DNA from: Octopus sinensis
Lineage: Eukaryota
Assembly: GCF_006345805.1 (NCBI RefSeq)
Contig: NC_043000.1
Coordinates: forward strand, 113,522,001 to 113,586,000
DNA: 64,000 nucleotides
Direction of reading: 5' to 3'
Position 1 is the first letter of the stretch; each line of letters begins with the position of its first letter. The notes below the pieces were generated by a model that was not told where the DNA came from, did not search any database, and was given only the letters and a program-made list of their open reading frames with translations. This document shows, in pieces, positions 54,155 through 64,000 of this stretch. A program made the position numbers and the translations under genes.

Positions 54155-54415
54155 TCAATATTATACATACATTATAAAACAATTATATGCACTCATAGGA
54201 TCCAGTTTCGCATTATATGGAAATCATAAATCGACGCCGTCCCTCATAATATTCACAAATTTGACGTCTCAAAATAAAAACTTTCGAAGGAGCAATCGAA
54301 CGATATTTGGATGTGATGTTTGAGCGGAAGTATGCTGAGATTTGCTGTGTCAAAGAAAGTCCTGTATGTATTTGATGGCTCAACATAGTAACGTAGTGAC
54401 ATATACGCATATTTG

Positions 54416-54476
<61 letters not shown>

Positions 54477-54506
54477 CTCTCCCTTTATTCTTTCCCTGCA
54501 TTACCC

Positions 54507-54742
54507 ATTTCTTTACTGCCCTCAAGGGGGTTAAACACAGAGGAGACAAACAAGGACGGACAGACGGATTAAGTCGATTACATCGACTCCCAGTGCGTAA
54601 CTGGTACTTATTTAATCGACCCCGAAAGGATGAAAGGCAAAGTCGACCTCGGCGGAATTTGAACTCAGAACGTAACAGCAGACGAAATACTGCTAAGCAT
54701 TTCGCCCGGAGTGCTAACGTTCCTGCCAGTTCGCCGCCTTAA
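54507..54742 (-). mobile_element. SINE family B1, full length, possible 12-bp TSD (11/12)
   Basis: Complete head, core and tail; TTTCCCTGCATT at 54491-54502 versus TTTCACTGCATT at 54743-54754. Confidence 0.85.
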
Positions 54743-54769
54743 TTTCACTGCATTGCTTTCTATTTTTGC

Positions 54770-55010
54770 ACTGTATTGCCAGCTAAGGCCATGCTGGCTT
54801 ACCGTCTTTTAGCGTCATTGTTGCCCTGTTTTTGGTGAAGTAGTGATGTGGGTTCATCTGGTATCTCAGATAAAAAAAGAAATCTTTCAAGAGCTCTTTG
54901 AAGACCTCAACATCTACGCCTTGCAAATCTCTGAGGTTGTCTGGCAGAAAACATTCAAGCTCGCCAGGATAACTTTCTATTGCAAAATCAAACCATTCAA
55001 CATTTAAAGG
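54770..55010 (-). mobile_element. 3' fragment of a CR1/L2-group LINE, same family as 48489
   Basis: Peptide FLPDNLRDLQGVDVEVFKELL is similar to LPKHLRG in the 48.7-kb fragment and is followed ~140 bp later by CCAGCATGGCC, a remnant of the tail. Confidence 0.6.
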
Positions 55011-55140
55011 GAAATTCATTGAGTACTTTGGTGACAATTATGTTACTAATTGCAATGATAATGTACCCTGTTGAATAATGTACTTTGTTGAATATGAAGG
55101 TATGAGTTTCTTAGTAAATATGTGTATATATACATACATT

Positions 55141-55183
<43 letters not shown>

Positions 55184-55536
55184 CACACACACATATATAT
55201 ATATATACATGATTAGTGAGGGAGTCGGAAGCTGGAAGATACGAGAATGTTTATTAATCACTAAAGTTGTTCCGAGTTATCTAGCATCGATCCCTCATGG
55301 GTGGAATGCTTACCAACTGGTTTAGGAGTATCCGTCGGTGTAGTTGTGTCTCTTCAGGGGATTACATGATGTATCTTATTAAAATAACGACTGTTCTGCA
55401 GGATACCTTCACGTTGTTTGTGCATAGAAAAGCAGAAAAATTAACGAATGCAGCTTAATTTTTATACAAGATCAGTAATAAATAAATTACAGATGCAAAA
55501 AGTAAAGAATACACAATACACCGAAAAAGTATTAAG

Positions 55537-55606
<70 letters not shown>

Positions 55607-55607
<1 letters not shown>

Positions 55608-55790
55608 GAAATTTACAGAAAACTAAAAGACGAAGACAGGTGTATGAACAACAAACAGGTGTATTAGTTTGACGCTCGGGGAAGTGAGAAAGTCTTATAC
55701 ATTACGAGCCTACGCTCTTCAACAGAAAAGAATAAGAGAAAATGAACAGAGAGAGAATAAAAAAAAAACTTGTGGGTTTAGCTATCAAGC
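55607..55790 (-). repeat. Repeat family D copy
   Basis: See 14258-14430; the two copies are colinear over ~170 bp. Confidence 0.75.
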
Positions 55791-57711
55791 ATGATGGTTG
55801 CAACTCGCTTTCTATCAATATGACCTTTTAATTGTTCTTTGAAACAGTTTAAATATGAGCAGCATAGACGTTGCTTTTCCACTCCACCTTGACACTTCAA
55901 CTTGTTTGTGGTAACCGTGGCTGCCTTCTACAAGAGGTGTTCACAGAGCTTCCCGCGCACACTGACACATCACTTCATACTATTATCGAAGTCTTCGTGG
56001 AGTGATTTCCCTTTTTACGGTTGCCTCTAATCATATTATGCAACACGTATTAAAGATGTTGAAAATCAACTAATGATTGTTTGTAGTTTTTTAAAGTGAG
56101 GGAAGGCGTTTTACATGGCCAGCCTGCATCTCTAAGTAATGTATGCTTTTGAATAAAAAATAACTTGTCTACATCCTCGGATCCAAATGAAGGCACAGGT
56201 GTCACGTCAGAGTTTTCCTCTACTTACACAGATGTCTAAACAAAGAGCAGGTGTCTCTCACTTACAACTACTGGATGGCCGTTAAATCTACTGATTTCAG
56301 CGGCCCATTGTCAGATTTTGTTTCTCGTTTTGCCAGGTGTCCAACAAAAACCATCCTTTTTACCAAGAACATTTGGTAGGGTTGCCGGTTTACTTAACAA
56401 CGGTCCGACCATGCGACAGGTTGTTCGGCCCGACCATGCAACAGGTTGAATGTGACCCGACATACATACTATAGACACATGCATGCGTATGTTTGGGTGT
56501 GTAAGTTTGCGTGTATGTATGTATGTATGCGTGTTCATTACTAGATAGATATACAGATATAGTATATTTATTATATTTTATTATATTTATCCATATTTTT
56601 TGTCTATTTTCAGGCGGCGTCGGAGTGAACCAGTTCTTTTGGTTTGAAAAATGTATCACAATCCCAACGACACGATATTTTAAACATGGCGTTTGTTCTT
56701 TGCTCTAGATGATCATGGTAAATATATTTGCTTATATGTAGTAACATCCTCTTTATTGTAGACAGAAGAGAATACACACACTCACACTCATTCACATACA
56801 CACACATACGTACACCTGCATACACTTAGCTATATAACGTAATCAACTATCTGCCATTTTTTCTTAAAATATTCCTGCGAATACTCATCTTCATATCCCG
56901 AGACACCAACGCCTTCCTAAAATAGATGTTTCAAAATATTTTCGACACATTCTATCAAAGTATTTCATAAGACAAGAAAAGGATTACATTATTGGTAACT
57001 CAGAGAAGCCTGCAAAAGTAACAATAACTACAGATAAATTAGTTTTAACAAATTTTTATACAACCAGCGTTAAAACAACTTAGTAGGAATTAATGTATGA
57101 CAAACAAATAATATTAGTCAATGACTAATAATCGTTTTATAATTTTGACAACTACAAATGAAAATCCAGAGCATATTTCGATCTTATTATGAACTCATCA
57201 GCGAAACATAGCTTCTACTGTATTTATAAGGACGAGAGATTCACTAAGTAAATGTACAATATCACATAAATGTGGGAATATGCATATTTTATGAATCTTA
57301 ACTATTTAATATTATCACATAAATCCAATTCGATGAATGAAGATATATATTTATACTGATAATGTCCTATAAGCTCCTTATCAACACAATAGAACTATCG
57401 TGCTTATTTTTCTTACCGCCTATCAGCTGAGCGCCTGTCATTTACGGAATCAGTTAAATATTTAGGATCAACTTGAAAGAACGCTTCAAAATTTACTCCC
57501 AGCATACCACCAAGAAACACAAATGGATGTGAAGGAAGCCAGTGAAATGTATAAACTAAGTTTGGCCATACAGCGTTTAACACGTGGTTTAGAAATGCTA
57601 CGTAACAAGAAAGATCTGTTACGAGATTATAGCGGTAAAACCAAACCCTAGCAATTCAGCAACTAGTCAAAGTTAAAGATTAAGTGTTTTATTAAATATG
57701 AATACAAATGT

Positions 57712-57931
57712 GTGTGTCTGTGTGTGTTTTAGTCCCCCCCCCCACCGCTTGACAACCTGTATTAATGTGTTTATGTCCCCGTAACTAAGCGGTTCGCCTA
57801 AGAGACTTATGGAGTAAATATCATGCATCAGGAAATAACTACTGCGGTCGATTCATTCAGCTAAGCATTCTTCCAGGGGGTGCCCCAGCACGGCCGCAGT
57901 CGAATGACTGAAACAAGTAATGGATAAAAGA
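57712..57931 (+). mobile_element. SINE family A, diverged 3' half
   Basis: CCGCTTGACAACC...GCCCCAGCACGGCCGCAGTCGAATGACTGAAACAAGTAA. Confidence 0.75.
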
Positions 57932-58706
57932 TTAAATACGAAAGCGGTCGGTAAAAGTTGTGGCGGTCAACGTAAACTTTGGCGGCGGCCTGGGGTGAGA
58001 GTGGGTGAGATTGATTACCCTGGAGTTCAAGTATGGATCAACGAAATACAATAACGAGGATGAGTCGGAGTCGGTAGTCAAGTTCGTGTGTGTGTGTGTG
58101 TGTATGTGTATATGTTTGTGTGTACGGGAGTGGTTTGCATTGATATACGTATGAAAGATCCTGAAAAAGCTGGCACCAAACTTTGGTATCAACCGGTGAA
58201 ATGAACTAAAAATCCCCCTAGGAGTCACTTAAGAAATAACAGCCAAAACTTAAGGATATCCAAAATTCAAGCGCTGAAGGTGCTACTAGTGTTGTTTACA
58301 TTCCTCAGTTAGATCTATAATCGAAGGTATTCTGTCTATAACCACTTCGGCTTTTTTTATATATTATATACAGAGAACCGATATAGGGTGTGATCTAAGG
58401 GAGATTTGATTGCTCATTCTTGCAGGTTAAGCAATTCTGTAAAGGATAACCAGTCGAGGGGTTAGTTATAATAACCAGATGTATACAAATTAATATGTTT
58501 TAGTGGTAATAAGTAATGCTGCAACAATAGATAAATGTAATGTAAAAGTTGTTGTCTCTTATTGCATGCAAATGATGAATGAGGTATGAACATGTTCACC
58601 ACACGGCAGTCATGTCAGCGTGTTGGGAAAGGATGGACAATACGACGGACATATAATGTATTGGATATACAGATGTGGCCGAATATATATACATATACAG
58701 AAATAA

Positions 58707-59215
<509 letters not shown>

Positions 59216-59922
59216 GGTTAGAAAAAAGATAGATAGATAAATGCAGGCAGACGGCTTGACGCATGCTTCTGTATCTTTGTACACTCAATCATATACATGC
59301 AAAACATATCTACACACACACACATGCACACACTCACACACACAGCCATACACACACACACACACACATACGCAGACACACATCGCGCATGCAAGATTAA
59401 TCGTTCGTTATCTTTTTTTTTTTGTGGTTGTTATTGTTTCGTTGTTTCTTTACTGAAATATTTATTTTATTTTTAGTTTGCGTGCGAACACGCGAGCGGG
59501 CATGCGTACGCGCGTGCGTGCCAGGGTGGTGTTATAGCTGGATTGTAAAAATCAGCCGAGCCAACTCCAACAACAGTGATTGCTCCCGCCACCTCCATAC
59601 CTTGCTGGGGCGTTTCCCCGTGCTAGGGTCAATAGCATCACGCCCTATCGCCCTTCCCTCTAACTGGGCTCGCGACGGGCAAGAATCTCCAAGGAACATT
59701 CCAGGCGGTCTCTTCGTATTAGTCACCTGACAGAACACTCAGAATACACAGCTGGGGTGGGTTGTGCGTGGGGCATATGTATATAAATGTATATATACGC
59801 TCGTACATACATACATAGATTGCTGTATACGCACACATATTAGACACACGCAGATACATATATTCCAGAGAGATATGTATCTTTGTGCACGAGCGCGCGT
59901 GTTAGTTTCTATGTAATGTATA

Positions 59923-59967
<45 letters not shown>

Positions 59968-60019
59968 TATATATTATATATATATGTACATACATGCATA
60001 TATTCATAAACAGCAATAT

Positions 60020-60059
<40 letters not shown>

Positions 60060-60218
60060 GTATAAATATATATATACACACACGCGCATATATATATATG
60101 CGTTTATATATAAGCATGTATATATTAATATAATCTTAAGCATGAGTACAAGCACACACAAATACACATATACACACATACATCCATATATATATATATA
60201 TATGTACATGTATGTATG

Positions 60219-60261
<43 letters not shown>

Positions 60262-60607
60262 TTGTGCGCGCGCGTGTGTGTGTACATATATGCATACGTA
60301 TATATGCATGTGAACATACTATCGCGTAAAATAAAATGGCGTCAATAAATAAACGCACATAGACTCACATGCAGCCACGAGGACCCACCCCGAACCACGC
60401 AGCCCCTCACATCCACAAATCTCCCACCATTCCCACCTGTACCCCCACCATACCCACCCCGTACAGTCATTACACATTAAACAGTTTCCTTTGTTTGTCA
60501 ATTGTGTTGTGTGTTTCCAATTATTTCTCGCATTTCTCATTTTAAATAGTTTGTGATGTCTAATTATCATGATGTGTGTGCCATCACAGCCTCTTCTTGC
60601 ATCGTAT

Positions 60608-61062
60608 TCTTGTTGTTGATGTTGTTCGTCTATCCCCTGTTCAGCCCCTCTTCCAGCAAACCTATGATCAAAGACGTTTCAATTACTATGGCCGTCCCCG
60701 CTCTTTATTTATTTCTTGTTTCCCTTCGATGGGGGAGTTTTTAGACGTAATATATCTAGGATTACATCATCTTGTAGGCTGTAATTTAGGGAATGATTTG
60801 GCTGCTGTTTCCAGTATTTGTTTAGCGTTTCTATTGTTGGCACATTGCTGTAGCTTGTACAATAATGTAGAATATTGGCGATCTCAGCGCTTTTATTGTT
60901 GATGTTTAACCCCAGGTCAACCTTAATGTAACAAACCTGTGATCAAAAGTGCTCCATCTTTTTGTATTCCCTGTATTATTTAGAATTAATCAATGCATCC
61001 TTTATCTTTTAATGACGTAAAGCATGTTCTGAGAGAGATCTGGTCGCTATTTCTAGCACCTG
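60608..61062 (-). repeat. Two adjacent family C copies (60608-60815, 60895-61062)
   Basis: CAAACCTATGATCAAAG ... GATTTGGCTGCTGTTTCCAG; TTTAACCCCAGGTCA...CAAACCTGTGATCAAA...GATCTGGTCGCTATTTCTAG. Confidence 0.55.
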
Positions 61063-61934
61063 GAATGATAACGTAGAGTCCCTCATTAAATTTATACTTT
61101 ATTTACATATCTAATTTTATGGCAATTTAAGGCATACACAATTGATCGGCCATTTTTATAAAAATGAGGAAAAGCATAAAATAGATGCAAACGGATAGAT
61201 GTGTATATTTACACATGAATACATACATATATACATACATACAGTCGTGCGTACAAACACACAACACACTTATACATATATACAAATATATACGAACACT
61301 CACACGTATAAATATATATGTATACATATATATTATGTGTGTATATACATACACACACACACACACAACACACACACACACACACACGCATATACGAGTG
61401 AGTGGGAAAGCGAAATAAAGTGGCACTTAGCACATTTGGATCATTTCATAACATTTTGATTGAATCTCATACTCGAAATCGAACCTAGCACTTCAGGTTT
61501 AGATAACTGGTTATCCAACTTTAACTGGCACCAAACGACGCTACACAAAATTGTTTTACCTTATGACATTACACTAACCAACACCACTCTATACTTCATG
61601 GTACCACAACTCTGTGGCACACCAGAACCCAGATCATTACATCTCATGATCCAGCCTACGACCCATAATCCATTTTCCGCCATTTTGAATTTAATCCTAT
61701 CACTGCGAATCTCACTGCTACTTTCACTCTTACTCTCACCGCTACTCTCATAGCTACTTCTACCATTGCCTCGTTCACTGGTTGCTTCTCTGACGCCGAT
61801 GCTGTTCCTCTCCTTCTCCTCTCCTGCTGCTACTCTTAATATTTACACTGCTACCACATCCACTGCTACCTAAAGCAATTATGACAGTTAACACAGTCAG
61901 TACACTCCAAATTTTTAGGCAGAATCAAACCATC

Positions 61935-62070
61935 GTACAAGACTTGTACTTGTTTTCTCAGATTCTTGAACGGTGAGAGGCAGAGATGACTTCGACATAA
62001 TTCGAACTCAGAATTAAAGGGACATAACACTTTGCTGAACGAATATTCTGTGACCAGCTCTACCCATAAT
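61935..62070 (-). mobile_element. Highly degenerate SINE family B-like fragment
   Basis: GGCAGAGATGACTTCGAC..AATTCGAACTCAGAA resembles the reverse complement of the B core. Confidence 0.4.
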
Positions 62071-63469
62071 TTTGTCATCCACTACCGCCAATGATGCTAT
62101 GAGTTATAAAAAATATAAACAACGGAACTTTTAAAGGAAATAATTATCGTGTTTAGAAAATTTAATTACTTGATAGAGTTTCTAGACACAAAATCTAAAA
62201 CTTTGTGCAAATAAAGAACCACCACAGATGCAGGATTACTAAGTTTACTAAGGACAAGGACCTCCTTCCAGATGTATTCTCTGATTTGCGAGTGCATAGA
62301 GAGGCCAATCCATTCAGGCTATCTCCATCATTCTTACACATCTTTTAATACTTTTACTGAAGAACAGCACCTGATAATAAAAATAACGACGGGTTGTCTT
62401 CATTGTCACAAGACCTTCAATATGTAAAGAAGGAGTATGATTCATTAAGTTGATACCAGTAAATCACTGGTATATTTATGCAATAAAACGTGAGGAATTA
62501 CAAGGGAGATAATTCATCCTCGCAGATTTCAGAATATCAAAGATGCGCTGAAAATTAGTCATAATAAACCATTTAACAAGGTGTTCTTCGCAGCCTTATC
62601 GATAAAACTCCTGAATCAATACAATTTCTGAATAAAGGATAATGCTTTGTTTGAATAACGGATAATGCTTGATGCTTGGTTTCTGCCGAAGTTAGTAACA
62701 TCAAAATAAGTGATGACTGATTTTTTTTACACATTGCCATCACCGTTGTATGACGTAATTAACATCAATCGAATATATTTAGCTAACTCCTTGCGTCACC
62801 GAAGGCTTTGGCACTGGATTCGTTAGATGTCAGCATAGATGTCAGTAGTCTCTCTTCATTATTTCCGAAAAATTTACATGATACAGAACTTTTTCGATGC
62901 AATATGATTTAAATACAACAGCAACAACAACAATTTCACGAATATTACATATTCTACAATGAACTCTCCCAATGAATGCTAGAATAGGCAATTATCTTTC
63001 AGCAGTAGCAAAAGCCCTTGATTAAAAACAAAACATATACCATACATATATACATGCATGCAAACAATCACACAAGCGTGCACTTGTATGTATAAATATT
63101 TGCGTGTATGTTTAAGATAATGAACGATTGTGTGTTCTACGTTTATGTGTGAAATATGTAAGATATAAATAAATCATGTAAGAAATTTGTTGACGAATTT
63201 GTGGCAAATTTTCTTACGGTTTTTCGACAGTCACTCAAATGTAGATAATAAATTACATTGCAACATGTTTACGAATATTATTGTGTTTATTTCGTCACGC
63301 TGCTCCCCTAATTCACTCGTTTGAATTATAAACAGTAGAAAACTCAGAGTAATGATACAAGAAGCCTTTAAAATTAATTATAGTAATGGTTTTGAATGTA
63401 GACAAAAGGTCAACGTTTTTAAAGGGGGTGAGGTGCTACTTGATACCATCGAACTCGTCAATTGATTAG

Positions 63470-63615
63470 GGTATTTGTTTATCGATCCTGCAAGGATGAA
63501 AGGCAAAGTTCACATCGAAAAAGTGGAACTCAGGCACTGTCGAAAAGCAGAGCGTAATGCCAACAGAGATATCACTGAGTATTTTGGCCGATGCTCTTAC
63601 GACTCTGCTAGTTCC
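63470..63615 (-). mobile_element. Degenerate SINE family B fragment
   Basis: ATCGATCCTGCAAGGATGAAAGGCAAAGTT core match. Confidence 0.6.
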
Positions 63616-63634
63616 CCTGTTTTAACAATATCTT

Positions 63635-63840
63635 TCTATTACGGGCATAAGGACTGAAATTTGGGACGGCAGGGTGGGGGTGGGGGCTTCTCGATGTCAT
63701 TGAACCCGGTCTTCAACTAGTTCTTATTGCAGCCCTCCGAAGGGGATGAAACACAAAGCCGAACATCATTGGATTTGAACACAGAAAGTGAAGACGGACG
63801 AAATGCCACTAAGCCAGTGTGCTAACGATTCTTGTCAGTT
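63635..63840 (-). mobile_element. Degenerate SINE family B2
   Basis: B core (GGATGAAAC..AAAG..GGATTTGAAC..AGAA..GACGAAATGCC) plus a B2-type tail (CCCAAATTTCAGTCCTTATGCCCGTAATAGAAAG on the minus strand). Confidence 0.6.
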
Positions 63841-64000
63841 GTTTGACCTTAACCAATTGTGCATGTCCCTTAGTGGCTGACGATATGTGCATCTCTGATC
63901 ATGAGCAAAAGTAGAGGGGGAGCATCATAGCCATGTGTTTAGAGGAATTCTTTGGGGCTTGGATAATTCACCTTTGGAAACATGGGTGTTTCATTCAACA

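Noticed and set aside
56405-56448. Two 19-bp direct repeats 25 bp apart (CCGACCATGCRACAGGTTG)
   Set aside because: Only two units with a 6-bp spacer; not CRISPR-like, and most likely a local tandem duplication.
63845-64000. Sequence I recall as a common octopus interspersed repeat
   Set aside because: Single copy here and truncated by the window edge; no in-window evidence to classify it.

Overview
AT-rich, microsatellite-saturated eukaryotic DNA, intergenic or intronic. From my recollection of the repeat families it is most likely an Octopus (coleoid cephalopod) genome; this is inference and was not database-checked. No host protein-coding gene can be supported, and nearly all ORFs in the track are translations of simple repeats. 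The only clearly protein-coding sequence is retrotransposon-derived: a 5'-truncated, GC-rich Tx1/L1-clade LINE ORF2 at 48971-51524 (-; RT plus CCHC finger, many single-base frameshifts), two or three CR1/L2-group LINE 3' fragments, and one RTE-clade fragment. The window also holds more than 25 SINE copies from about four families, a tRNA-Asp-headed retro-chimera, hAT/Charlie-type and pogo/Tigger-type MITEs, and several long fold-back palindromes. Two observations stand out. First, several unrelated repeat families carry type I hammerhead-ribozyme-like motifs (5102, 14340, 21397, 26840, 43206, 55694, 57170), suggesting Penelope-like or retrozyme elements. Second, two SINE/LINE 3'-tail partnerships are visible inside the window, including a SINE that shares a 3' stem-loop tail with the Tx1/L1-clade LINE. 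All alignments and folds were done by eye, and repeat boundaries are approximate (about +/-10 bp) unless defined by TSDs.
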